From an uncultured virus (IMG/VR IMGVR_UViG_2879039326_000005) (Duplodnaviria > Heunggongvirae > Uroviricota > Caudoviricetes), in the IMG/VR virus record IMGVR_UViG_2879039326_000005: DNA of 57,265 nt; one strand, 5' to 3'. The translations under genes were made by a program, and so were the position numbers. The notes below the pieces were generated by a model, which saw only the letters and a list, made by a program, of their open reading frames with translations, was not told the DNA's origin and did not search any database. Below, piece after piece: positions 8,483 to 17,330 of the stretch. How positions within the stretch are numbered: the stretch's first letter is position 1; each line of letters opens with the position of its first letter.

Positions 8483-8784
8483 GCAGCCTCCTCATGCAGG
8501 ATTGAAGTCAGGATCACCGGCTTGCCGAGCTTGATAGCCAGAGCGTGCTCTGCGGTGGCTCCGGCACTTCGTTCCCAGTGAGGAAGCATCACCAGCTGAT
8601 CGGCCATCTTGACCATTTCGATGCAGAGGGCCATGTGCTCATGCTGTTCAAGGCCATCCGGCAGGATTGCTGGGTTGAGTGCCACATGCCCCAGGCCAAG
8701 CAGGCGCTGCGCTTCCTGATTGAAAGCGTCGCGGTTGAAGTTGGGCAGGCCCGTCATTGGGCCAGATATGAAAATTTTTGCCAT
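8479..8784 (-). CDS. DUF4406-family protein (nucleoside deoxyribosyltransferase-like fold)
   Basis: KIFISGPMTGLPNFNRDAF...NPA...WERSAGATAE signature. Confidence 0.85.
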   Translation of the reverse strand: MAKIFISGPMTGLPNFNRDAFNQEAQRLLGLGHVALNPAILPDGLEQHEHMALCIEMVKMADQLVMLPHWERSAGATAEHALAIKLGKPVILTSILHEEAA

Positions 8785-8786
8785 GG

Positions 8787-9221
8787 TCAGTCCCCCAGGT
8801 CAGCAAGGGAGAACACGATGCCACGGCAGTAAGGGCCGCCGCCCTCGACCACTTCGAAGGTCTCGTGCGGGATCTCGGTGCTGTAGGTCCAGCTGTAATC
8901 TCCTTCCTTGGCCCACAACGCCTCGATAGTCTTGGCCTTGCCCTTGCGGTAGTAGTAGCTGGCAAGTTCTTCATCGGTGTCCAGGTTGTCGGCGCTTTCC
9001 GGCAGCAGGCCTTCGGCATCCACCAGGGCGGTACCACCATCCCAGACGCCGATCTCATCGTTGATCGCGCCGGCGAACTCCATCAGGTCGTCGCTGGCGC
9101 CGTAGACGATTACCAGTCCGGCGTCCTTAGCCTCAGCCTCCAGCTCTTTGCTGATGCGAAGCGGGTAGCTTGCTCCATTCAGACGGCCTGCCAGGCCCTG
9201 CACTTGCAATTCGATACTCAT
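8787..9221 (-). CDS. Conserved acidic phage protein
   Basis: GLVIVYGASDDLMEF...IPHETF...YCRGIVF; good codon bias. Confidence 0.7.
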   Translation of the reverse strand: MSIELQVQGLAGRLNGASYPLRISKELEAEAKDAGLVIVYGASDDLMEFAGAINDEIGVWDGGTALVDAEGLLPESADNLDTDEELASYYYRKGKAKTIEALWAKEGDYSWTYSTEIPHETFEVVEGGGPYCRGIVFSLADLGD

Positions 9222-9236
9222 GGGTTGTCCTTATTG

Positions 9237-9261
9237 AAAAGCCCCGGACTGGCCGGGGCTT
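9237..9261 (-). terminator. Intrinsic terminator
   Basis: AAAAGCCCCGG-ACTGG-CCGGGGCTT; a second hairpin at ~9269-9292. Confidence 0.7.
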
Positions 9262-9294
9262 GAAAAGAAAACGCCGCATTTCTGCGGCGCTTGG

Positions 9295-9522
9295 TTACTG
9301 GTCGTCATAATCTGGCTCATCGAAAGCCCACGGTGGAGCTGTAATCTTCTGGCCAGGCTTCCACCCCATCTCTTCGAGCAAGTCTGGATCAGCATCTTCT
9401 GGGATGTTGGCGTAGCACTCGTATGGCATTTCGCCACTGTTACCAGTGTCTTCATGCCATTCAAGATCTAGGCTTTCATAGCTATCTTCAGTCATTTTCA
9501 GGTAATCACTGATGGCGCTCAT
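9295..9522 (-). CDS. Small highly acidic protein
   Basis: 75 aa, 21 D/E versus 3 K; GGAG RBS; followed by two hairpins. Confidence 0.65.
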   Translation of the reverse strand: MSAISDYLKMTEDSYESLDLEWHEDTGNSGEMPYECYANIPEDADPDLLEEMGWKPGQKITAPPWAFDEPDYDDQ

Positions 9523-9589
9523 GCTTAACTCCGATCGCGTGTTGTGGGTTGAGCCAGCAGTCTACAGGGATTCGATATTGACCGTCACG

Positions 9590-9808
9590 TCAGGCCCGCC
9601 AGCCCCGGTACCCGATAAAGCCGGGCTCCATGACTTGCCGGAACGGCAGGACGGGGAGGTGGGCTATCAGGGTCTTGAGCTGGGGGTTATCTGGCTGGCT
9701 GTCGATGGTGACCCGGGCGCCCGGGTTGATGCGCAGGTATCGATCCCGCGCATCGGTGGCTTCCTCCTTGGTCAGTCCGGGCTGGATGATGGGCTCGCGG
9801 TAGCGCAC
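9590..9808 (-). CDS. Hypothetical phage protein
   Basis: GTG start with GGAGG; operon context. Confidence 0.55.
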   Translation of the reverse strand: MRYREPIIQPGLTKEEATDARDRYLRINPGARVTIDSQPDNPQLKTLIAHLPVLPFRQVMEPGFIGYRGWRA

Positions 9809-10671
9809 GACTCACCTCCTTGCGGATTTTGGGTGGCGAGCATTGCGTGCTCATGGAGGTTATTGAACACCGCGAATACCCCTTCGATATGCGGGTGCGC
9901 AAAGGCTTTCGTGGATTTCAGAAGCTCCTGCTTGAAGTCTGATGCGCCCTGCACATAGTCGAGGTTATGTGTTGCATGCTCCAGCTTCTTGTCGGCGGCG
10001 AGCATCAACGCATCAGCCAGCAGCACATATTCCCCCTCGTCGTCTTGCTCCATTTCGGATCCGCAATCCTGACCGAAAGAGTCGCAGTGACCTCCTAGCG
10101 TGTAGCGCTGGAGGGAGGCTATGTCTGACAGCGAAACCATGTCGAGCGGCTGATCCGGCAGTTTGCCGGCCAAGGCGGCGTCGATGCGCTCGTCCAGATT
10201 GACAGGGAAGCACCACTCCCCCTCAACGCCATCTCGCAGCTCGCACAGCAATCCAGCCATCACCCCGCACTGGCGAGTGGCATCGGAGAGCTGTGCGACC
10301 AGCTTCATCTCGCGCTCGTGGTGGTTGGCCAGCAGCTCAAGCCGCGACTTGAGTGGGTGATCTGCCAGCACCGAACCGGTGGAGATGGCGCGTTCTATTG
10401 CCACGCCGGTGCGGTGGAACTTCTCCAGCAGTTCGTGCTCGCGGTGGTTTACCAGCCCCAGCACCACATAACCCGGCTTCTGCTCGAAGTCGGTGATGTA
10501 GCTGACCACCTTCTCCACAAAGTCACCGGTGAACTCGCCATCCCATGCCTTGAGCAGTAGGGTGTCGCCCACCTGGAAGTTGCGGTCGGCGTTGTTGCAG
10601 ATCTCGAAGGTCTTTTCGCCGAAGAAAACGGCAGCGAAGTATTCCGGCTTGATCTTGAGTTCGTGCTTCAC
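9772..10671 (-). CDS. DUF3850/ASCH-domain protein with C-terminal extension
   Basis: MKHELKIKPEYFAAV..GEKTFE...DRNFQVGD signature. Confidence 0.8.
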   Translation of the reverse strand: MKHELKIKPEYFAAVFFGEKTFEICNNADRNFQVGDTLLLKAWDGEFTGDFVEKVVSYITDFEQKPGYVVLGLVNHREHELLEKFHRTGVAIERAISTGSVLADHPLKSRLELLANHHEREMKLVAQLSDATRQCGVMAGLLCELRDGVEGEWCFPVNLDERIDAALAGKLPDQPLDMVSLSDIASLQRYTLGGHCDSFGQDCGSEMEQDDEGEYVLLADALMLAADKKLEHATHNLDYVQGASDFKQELLKSTKAFAHPHIEGVFAVFNNLHEHAMLATQNPQGGESCATASPSSSPD

Positions 10672-11294
10672 GATTGCTCTCCTTCCAAATTGGACATGGC
10701 TCTGGCCTTGATCATGTTGAGCGCGTCGCGCACATCAGAAAGCTCAAAGTCACCCTTTATTTGCGCGTGCCGGAATGCTGTGGAGATGAACTCCATGATT
10801 TGCTCATCAGTCCAATCCAGCACTGACAGCAGCGCATCCCGATGCTTGGTCATGGCGCTGAGCTTCTGCGCCGGGGTGAGCCCTTCGGCGCGCTGTACCG
10901 TGAGCGTTATGTGCCCTGTCTCGGGATGGAACAGGCCGAACTCCATGTAGTTTTCAGCCGCATTTGCCTCCATCTTGCCGGCAAACCCTGCAGCCATAAG
11001 CTGCATCGACACATCGGAAAGCCTGAGTTCACCGCTGTTGGCGTTTTCGATTTCGTGCAGGTACACCTGCTGACCGATGAAGTCTGCAAACGTGCCTGCT
11101 TCTATGGCTGCGGTATCGAACTCATGAAGCAGGTTCCAGCAGGCGACGATGCGGCGGGCGTTGGCCTTGCCTTCGCTGTCTGGAAAGCCGTTCTCATCTC
11201 GCGGCCATACTTCGCAAATCCCGGTGCCATCGGAAGACCCGACCGATTGGCCGTCACGAAAAAGGGCCAGCAGGCCCTTGGTGTGTTCGCTCAT
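10668..11294 (-). CDS. Hypothetical phage protein (ANARRIVAC motif family)
   Basis: Coupled ORF; motif shared with 20705-21166. Confidence 0.7.
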   Translation of the reverse strand: MSEHTKGLLALFRDGQSVGSSDGTGICEVWPRDENGFPDSEGKANARRIVACWNLLHEFDTAAIEAGTFADFIGQQVYLHEIENANSGELRLSDVSMQLMAAGFAGKMEANAAENYMEFGLFHPETGHITLTVQRAEGLTPAQKLSAMTKHRDALLSVLDWTDEQIMEFISTAFRHAQIKGDFELSDVRDALNMIKARAMSNLEGEQS

Positions 11295-11626
11295 GCTTCA
11301 ACCTCCTCAAGGTGGCGGGCAAAGAGTGCTACCGCACCATCTTCGGTATCCCATATGCCAAGCAGGAACCAGCCAGCGCCAGCCGGGGGTGTAGGGTTCC
11401 AACCTTTAACAATATCGATATAGTCGCCGTCACCCTCCCACTGCTCGATCAGGCATTCCGGTAAGTCATCTTCCATTGATACAAACGAGCAGACGATCTC
11501 CTGTTCTTCCAGCCAGTTGGTGTATTGGCTGCCAAGTGTTTCGCCGAAATCAGGGAAATCAGGGTGAATCCAGAAGCCCATTTCGTCCCGCTTCACCTCG
11601 GCTGGTGCAATGCGTTGTTGGCTCAT
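11291..11626 (-). CDS. Conserved acidic phage protein
   Basis: RDEMGFWIHPDFP...WNPTPPAGAGWFLLGIWDTEDG. Confidence 0.7.
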   Translation of the reverse strand: MSQQRIAPAEVKRDEMGFWIHPDFPDFGETLGSQYTNWLEEQEIVCSFVSMEDDLPECLIEQWEGDGDYIDIVKGWNPTPPAGAGWFLLGIWDTEDGAVALFARHLEEVEA

Positions 11627-12138
11627 GCTGCCTTCTCCTGTCTCAGGTTCTGCTCCGCAGTGTTGAACTCGCTGCCCAGGATCTCGGTCATCATCGGGCC
11701 GACCTTGGCGCCGGTGCGCAGGTATATCGCGCCGTCATGCGCAAACATGGTGAAGCCACCACCAAACAGCAGGTCTCCCCAGCTAATCCCCATGGACTCA
11801 TAAAGCGGATTGGCTTCCACTGACTCCGGAAACATCTCCCAGTAGCGATCCTGTAGCTCCTGTTGCTCCTTGGTCTTGCCCTTTACCTTCCCTCGGCGCG
11901 GCGCCGACAGGCAGTTATGGTCTGGCTTTGTCCAGAGGTCTTTATCTTCCCGCTGGTAATAGTTGTTCAGCACCAGATGAGCGCACTTGAACCGGTTCAC
12001 GTCGCTGCAGAACTTCGGCTTGCCATCAAACTCTTTGCCCAGCACGTTGGCCTTCTCGATCAAGGCATCCTTTGCAGCTTCAAAGGTGGCGTGAGCGGCC
12101 AGCACGCTGGCATCTGTGGTTTTGTAGAAGCTGGTCAT
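11623..12138 (-). CDS. Hypothetical phage protein
   Basis: ATGA-coupled; strong codon bias. Confidence 0.7.
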   Translation of the reverse strand: MTSFYKTTDASVLAAHATFEAAKDALIEKANVLGKEFDGKPKFCSDVNRFKCAHLVLNNYYQREDKDLWTKPDHNCLSAPRRGKVKGKTKEQQELQDRYWEMFPESVEANPLYESMGISWGDLLFGGGFTMFAHDGAIYLRTGAKVGPMMTEILGSEFNTAEQNLRQEKAA

Positions 12139-13046
12139 AGTGCTGACTCCTCGCCACTCAAGGCGGCAAACAGGGCAGGGATGAACTGGGCCAGCTCGCC
12201 GGTTACCAGGGCGAAATCCGCATCCAGCCGAGCGGCGGGATCCTCGCTGGTCACATCGTCGTTCTGCTCGCGCAGCTCCTCGCTGAACTTCAGGCGCTTG
12301 ATGGAGAGGTCATCGCCCAGCACGAAGCTGAGGCGCCCACCCCAGTTCAGGGCCAGTTTGGTGACCAGCTTGTCGTTGGCGAGGTGGTTTTTCACCTCGT
12401 CGGTCATCAGATCCTGTTGCTTGAAGCGGGCGATCCCGCCGTGTTCCATTGCGCTGCGTAGCTCGGATTCATCCTCCAGGGTGAACGCGGCTGGCAGGTT
12501 CCCCTCTTGCAGCCACTCGGTCATGGTGATCTCGGGCGGATTCTTGAGCGCCACCGGCACCACCGGCAGGCTGCCGATGGACTTGCGCAACAGAGCCAGC
12601 ACGTCCTCAGCCTTCTTGGCGCTGGAGGCATCAACTATCAGCAAGCCATCGGCAGCGTTGATCCATGCAAAGGTGTTGGTGGTGCGACTGAATGCGCGGG
12701 GCAGCAGGGTGTGCAGCAGCTCCTCCTTGAGTGCTTCCTTCTCTTTCTTTTTGAGGGCGCGGCCCTGTTCGAATTCGATCGCTTCCACCTTCTCGGCCAG
12801 CTGCTCCTTGATCACCGTGCTGGGCAGCATCTTCTGCTCCTTGCGGGCGCAGATGAGGATCTGGCCGTCGGCGGAGTGGGTCAGGGCTCTGCCGAACTTG
12901 CCAAGCGGTGGCGTCCAGCCGAAGCGTGACATGTCCTGGCTTCCGCAGGGGGTGAAGGTGAGGGATTCGAGCTGGCTTTCCAGTTGTTCGGTGGTCAGGT
13001 CGAACGGGCGGGTAAAGCGGTAAACTTGAAGGTTTTTAAACCACAT
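12135..13046 (-). CDS. rdgC: Recombination-associated protein RdgC
   Basis: MWFKNLQVYRF...FTPCGSQD..RFGW...LLPRAF...IKRLKF; 303 aa. Confidence 0.95.
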   Translation of the reverse strand: MWFKNLQVYRFTRPFDLTTEQLESQLESLTFTPCGSQDMSRFGWTPPLGKFGRALTHSADGQILICARKEQKMLPSTVIKEQLAEKVEAIEFEQGRALKKKEKEALKEELLHTLLPRAFSRTTNTFAWINAADGLLIVDASSAKKAEDVLALLRKSIGSLPVVPVALKNPPEITMTEWLQEGNLPAAFTLEDESELRSAMEHGGIARFKQQDLMTDEVKNHLANDKLVTKLALNWGGRLSFVLGDDLSIKRLKFSEELREQNDDVTSEDPAARLDADFALVTGELAQFIPALFAALSGEESAL

Positions 13047-13070
13047 GGTCTGGGGTCCTTTTTTGGTCGG

Positions 13071-13250
13071 TTAGGTGCGGGCTTTCTTGGCCAGCAGGTC
13101 ATGGATTTTCTTGGCGGCTGCTTCGGCTTGCGGCCTGTTGCAGATGGTGCCGCCAGGCAGGATGAACTTGTTGGGCTGCTTGGGGTGGGGCACGACAACG
13201 CCCAACCCGATGACTACTGCGCCGCAGTAGGGGTTTCCCGTGGTTCTCAT
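13071..13250 (-). CDS. Small hypothetical phage protein (59 aa)
   Basis: GAGG RBS before ATG 13250. Confidence 0.55.
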   Translation of the reverse strand: MRTTGNPYCGAVVIGLGVVVPHPKQPNKFILPGGTICNRPQAEAAAKKIHDLLAKKART

Positions 13251-13309
13251 GGGGGACCTCTGAGTTATCCACCGTTTCTGTGTGGCCAGCGGTGGATGGT
13301 TTGGGGGTA

Positions 13310-13894
13310 TCAGGCTGCGGACTGCTCTGGTATTGATGGGGCTTCGTTGCCCCAGCAGTCCCACCCGGGGGCCGCTTGGCGAGCAAAAAGCTCAATTCGC
13401 GGTACATCGCCGCACAGTTTTTCTATGGCTTCGCGGAACTCGTTCGGCTTCTCGCTATGGCGACCCACCTTGGCGCGAATTACCGAGCGCACAGCCTTGT
13501 CTATGACCAGGCTGCTAACCTTGCCCTTGATGCCAATCAGGGCGCACTCTGCACCAGCCCGAGTGGCCCATCCCATACCGAAGTGGGGCTTGTCCTTCGT
13601 GGTGCGCTTCTCCCACACAAATCCGGTCATGGTCATGGCTCGGAACCCCCAGGCACGACACAGGTCGATAGCCTCTTGTGGCATACTGCCGACCCACCAC
13701 ATGATCAGCATGCAGTTATCGTCTGCCAGCCTTGCCACAGGCAGGGCCTTCATGTCATCTATCGAGGTGACGCTGTACACCTGCGCGGCCCCGCTTTTCA
13801 TTGATCCGCCAGACTTTTTCGACTTGAATTGCCATGCTGGGTCAGCATAGATCACTCGGTACTTGCGGCTGGTGCTAAGGATGTCGATGTTCAT
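13310..13894 (-). CDS. MT-A70-family adenine methyltransferase
   Basis: YRVIYADPAW, HSEKP, RIELFARQ, GWDCWGNE motifs. Confidence 0.9.
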   Translation of the reverse strand: MNIDILSTSRKYRVIYADPAWQFKSKKSGGSMKSGAAQVYSVTSIDDMKALPVARLADDNCMLIMWWVGSMPQEAIDLCRAWGFRAMTMTGFVWEKRTTKDKPHFGMGWATRAGAECALIGIKGKVSSLVIDKAVRSVIRAKVGRHSEKPNEFREAIEKLCGDVPRIELFARQAAPGWDCWGNEAPSIPEQSAA

Positions 13895-14055
13895 GCAACC
13901 CCCTTGGTGTCTTGTTCCTTAACTTCGGTAAAGGTTTTGCATCCGCAGTTGGGGCAGCAGAGATCGCGAGCCCACCCACCACGAGATAGCTTCTCGATAA
14001 GGTCTGATCGGCCATGAACCTTTCGACAGCGCCTGCACTTGAGAACGTCTGCCAT
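13891..14055 (-). CDS. Small zinc-ribbon protein (MADVLKCRRC...CPNCGC, 54 aa)
   Basis: Read manually; two Cys pairs; GGAGG RBS. Confidence 0.6.
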   Translation of the reverse strand: MADVLKCRRCRKVHGRSDLIEKLSRGGWARDLCCPNCGCKTFTEVKEQDTKGVA

Positions 14056-14195
14056 CAGCGCACCTCCTTGGTGTCAATGCCGAGTTGTTTAGCCAGTTGC
14101 TGGCGTTCTATCTCATCTCGCTTTTGCTGGCGCAGTTTGAGTTTGATGGTGGCCTGGCGGTCCTGCACCATGCCACGGTGGGGGTAGAGGCTCAT
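14055..14195 (-). CDS. Small hypothetical protein (46 aa)
   Basis: Read manually; coupled on both sides. Confidence 0.45.
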   Translation of the reverse strand: MSLYPHRGMVQDRQATIKLKLRQQKRDEIERQQLAKQLGIDTKEVR

Positions 14196-14893
14196 GCCAC
14201 CTCCTTTCTGGCTTTTCTGTATCTGGCCGCGTCCTCGCAGTCATCAATGTGGCTGGCGCCATACTTCTCTCTGGCCGCCTCTGCACAGGTGTATGTTTCA
14301 TGAGGAATGAATCCCCAAGTAACCTTCCCGCAGTCAGGGCAGTTGCCGCGGGTGCGGCCGGTTGTCGGTCGCTCACGCTTGCTCCTGGGCTTGCGGATCC
14401 CGGCAGCGGTGATCATGCGGCGCTCGTTGACGTTGCGCGCTTGGAATGTGCGGCGGCTGATGGATACTGCATACAGAAACGGGTAAATGACAGCATCATC
14501 CAGAAACCGCATGGCCTGCTCAGCTTCATCCTTGGTCAGCACCATGGCGTCTGAAAGGTTCGCCGTGCAACCGCGCTCGGCCTTCCAGTAAACGTCGTTA
14601 CCATCGTAGTCACCTCGGCTGACGTGAATGACATACTCACCACCATCGGCGACTTCACCCCCCTGACTCTCATCCAGATACTGGTGATCCACCCGCACGG
14701 TAACGAGCTCATCGACCAGCGCTTTACTGAGCGGTACATCTGTGTGGCGGTCGTTGAAGTGGCTCTGAGCCTCCTCCAGCGTGTAGACGTGGGCCTTGTC
14801 GAGGTTGGTGGTGTAACCGTTGCCGTTCTCCGCCCAGAACATGCAGGAGCTGCCTGTGTTGCTGCGGGTGTCGCGCAGGTAGAAGCTGGTCAT
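14192..14893 (-). CDS. Hypothetical phage protein with internal duplicated motif and C-terminal CxxC
   Basis: FWAENGNGYTTNLDKAHVYTLEEA versus YWKAERGCTANLSDAMVLTKDEA. Confidence 0.75.
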   Translation of the reverse strand: MTSFYLRDTRSNTGSSCMFWAENGNGYTTNLDKAHVYTLEEAQSHFNDRHTDVPLSKALVDELVTVRVDHQYLDESQGGEVADGGEYVIHVSRGDYDGNDVYWKAERGCTANLSDAMVLTKDEAEQAMRFLDDAVIYPFLYAVSISRRTFQARNVNERRMITAAGIRKPRSKRERPTTGRTRGNCPDCGKVTWGFIPHETYTCAEAAREKYGASHIDDCEDAARYRKARKEVA

Positions 14894-16143
14894 GCTGCCT
14901 CCTTGCTCTCAATCGCTGGTTGCTCATCGAGGTTACCATCCAGCTCCTCGCCCTCAATGACATCCGCCCGGTCCTGCTCCCACTGGCGAACCGCAGCCTG
15001 ACCCGCACTTATGATATGGTCGGCCAGCTTGATGCCAATACCCTTGATCGCCAGCAGCTTGTCGCTCTGGTTCACCATCAACTTCCACAGGTCAGTGATG
15101 CCAGCCCCTTCAAGCAGGCCCTGCACCTTGGCGTTGAGGCCAATCTCGCTGATGTGGACTGTTTGTGCCCACTCTGCGCGAGGTTGTAACTGGGGGTGGG
15201 TGATGGCGAGCGCATCGAGCATGAAGGAGTGAATGTCGCGGATCGCCTCCATCGGTATGTCCTGAGCCACTGCGCCAGGGAATACCGGGCTCAGCCACTC
15301 ACTCAGCATCACGGTGCAGCCGGTGGCATCAGAGCGCATGGCGTGGAGCTTCCAGTCCAGATCGTTGAGCAGATAGCTCTTGTCGGACTGGATGCCACCC
15401 TCTACCACATAGATATTCCAGCGCACCCCTTTCTCGTCGGTGTAGTGCTTGCGCAGGTGCTTGCCCCACAGCAGGCTGACATCCTTGAACAGGGCCATGT
15501 CGTTGATGATTTGCTGGCGCGCATCCAGATCGGCCTGTTGCTGGCTGATGATGGCCGTCAGCTCGGTGACACTTGCTGAAAGACGGGTGTTATCACGGCG
15601 ATAGCCGCTGATCTCGTTCTTCCCAGCAGTGATGGCCGCAAGCCGTTCCTCCAGCTTCTTGCGCTGCTCTGTCACCTTGCGCTTGAGGCCTTCCGGATCC
15701 ATTTCCTTGTAGGCCTTAATCCGGCGTTCCAACTCGCGGATCTGGATGTTTGCGGCGTTGAGGCTGGCCTGGGTGCCGTCTGCCTTGCGGGTGGCGGCAT
15801 AGACTGCCGCCTCTGCCACTTCCAGCTTGGCGCTCGTCTCTTCCTGCGCGGCGGCAATGCGCTGCTCGGTACTGGCGACTTGCTGGCGCAGCTCGCTGAC
15901 CAGATTAGTTTGGCCTTCCAGCTCGCGATCCCGGGCTTCAAGCTCACCAATCAGGTAGTTGAACTCGTCTATGTGGGTGTTTGCCGCCTCGCTGATCATG
16001 GTCAGGTTGGCGGTAACGATAGGCTCCAGCCCTGCGACGGCCTGCTTGCAGTGCTCGGCTGGCATGTCTGCCAGCAGCCGGATCTGGCTGGTGATGGTGT
16101 TCAGGGCGAGGTTGGTTGCCTCGCTGGGGTTCAGCGTGGTCAT
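14890..16143 (-). CDS. Coiled-coil protein with C-terminal helix-hairpin-helix (RNAP alpha-CTD-like) domain
   Basis: Long heptad region; ISEIGLNAKVQGLLEGAGI...LLAIKGIG. Confidence 0.7.
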   Translation of the reverse strand: MTTLNPSEATNLALNTITSQIRLLADMPAEHCKQAVAGLEPIVTANLTMISEAANTHIDEFNYLIGELEARDRELEGQTNLVSELRQQVASTEQRIAAAQEETSAKLEVAEAAVYAATRKADGTQASLNAANIQIRELERRIKAYKEMDPEGLKRKVTEQRKKLEERLAAITAGKNEISGYRRDNTRLSASVTELTAIISQQQADLDARQQIINDMALFKDVSLLWGKHLRKHYTDEKGVRWNIYVVEGGIQSDKSYLLNDLDWKLHAMRSDATGCTVMLSEWLSPVFPGAVAQDIPMEAIRDIHSFMLDALAITHPQLQPRAEWAQTVHISEIGLNAKVQGLLEGAGITDLWKLMVNQSDKLLAIKGIGIKLADHIISAGQAAVRQWEQDRADVIEGEELDGNLDEQPAIESKEAA

Positions 16144-16162
16144 GGTCGGGGTCCTATGACAG

Positions 16163-16182
16163 AAAGCCCGCTTACGCGGGCT
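16163..16182 (-). terminator. Intrinsic terminator
   Basis: AAAGCCCGC-TTAC-GCGGGCT. Confidence 0.55.
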
Positions 16183-16189
16183 CGGGGTG

Positions 16190-17275
16190 TTAGATGTGGC
16201 AGTCCACGATGGTGATCAGGGTGTCGTCCGGCAGCTCGTCCAGCAGCTCGTTGACCTTCCGGTTCCACTCAGCCTGGGTCATGTCGTCGGTGCTCATGCC
16301 GAACCAGCCCATCTCACCCTTGGCAAACCACTTACTGTCCTGCACCACCCCGAACAGCACCAGCGCGCTGTCACGGGCCTGCTGGATAAACTCGTCGCGG
16401 GGAGTCAGGAATTTGTCGGTACCATCCCAGAGATTGAGCGCTTTCTTCACAGCCTGCATGGCTCCCTGGGCGTGATATTCATCACGAGCCGCGTCGATGT
16501 TGCCTGGGTGGCGCTCGCGTACAACATCCCACGGCTCCCACATTGAGTCAGCTGGCAAGCCGGCGGCAATCTTGGCCTCTGCTGCCTTATCCCAGTTGGT
16601 GGCGGCTTTGGCCCCAGCTTCGTCGCGCATTCCTTCAAAGTCGATGGCACTTTTCAGCGCCGAGTCTGCGCGGCCTTCGCCGTCGTTCGCGCAGCTCCCC
16701 ATCAGGCCTTGATGCCCAAGGCTACCGGCTGCATCCTGTTTGAGTTTCAGGAACCCGGACCAGCGGCCACCAATCTGGTACCAGTCCCACTGTTTATTGG
16801 GGTTCGTCCTGTCGGTGTACTCGATCACCTCGCCAGCAGCATTGACGCGAGCCCATCCCCATTTGTGCTCATCGAGCAGATCCAGCTCGTCGCCTTCTTG
16901 CAAGAAGGGGAAACCGTCGCTGGTCTGGTACTTGATGAAATCAACCAGTGACATGAACTCGTTCACAACGACTTCCTGTTCTGTCCACCCTTCTGGTACG
17001 AAACGGATCTTGCTGCTGGCGTCTAAATGGGTCTTGCCTTTCTTCTCCTCTTCCGTTTTCTCACGGTAGAAGCGGTCGTCATAGGCAGATACCAGCTCAC
17101 CTTCAGGCCCGCGCAACATGCTGTGGGTGTCCTTGGCGTAGTCTTCGAGCAGACTGGGCAGGCGGTCGATCGTCTGCACGTACTGATCAACGGTGCCGGT
17201 GCATTCAAACTCGTGGTACGGGGCTAACTGATTCTCAACGTTCTGGCCAATAACCATTACGGCAAAGTGACTCAT
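16190..17275 (-). CDS. Conserved hypothetical phage protein
   Basis: MSHFAVMVIG...NPNKQWDWYQIGGRW...IVDCHI; GAGG RBS. Confidence 0.8.
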   Translation of the reverse strand: MSHFAVMVIGQNVENQLAPYHEFECTGTVDQYVQTIDRLPSLLEDYAKDTHSMLRGPEGELVSAYDDRFYREKTEEEKKGKTHLDASSKIRFVPEGWTEQEVVVNEFMSLVDFIKYQTSDGFPFLQEGDELDLLDEHKWGWARVNAAGEVIEYTDRTNPNKQWDWYQIGGRWSGFLKLKQDAAGSLGHQGLMGSCANDGEGRADSALKSAIDFEGMRDEAGAKAATNWDKAAEAKIAAGLPADSMWEPWDVVRERHPGNIDAARDEYHAQGAMQAVKKALNLWDGTDKFLTPRDEFIQQARDSALVLFGVVQDSKWFAKGEMGWFGMSTDDMTQAEWNRKVNELLDELPDDTLITIVDCHI

Positions 17276-17330
17276 GTTTATTTCCTCTTTCAATTCAGTG
17301 CTTGCCACGGTTGGTAGTGTGGCGAGGTGA

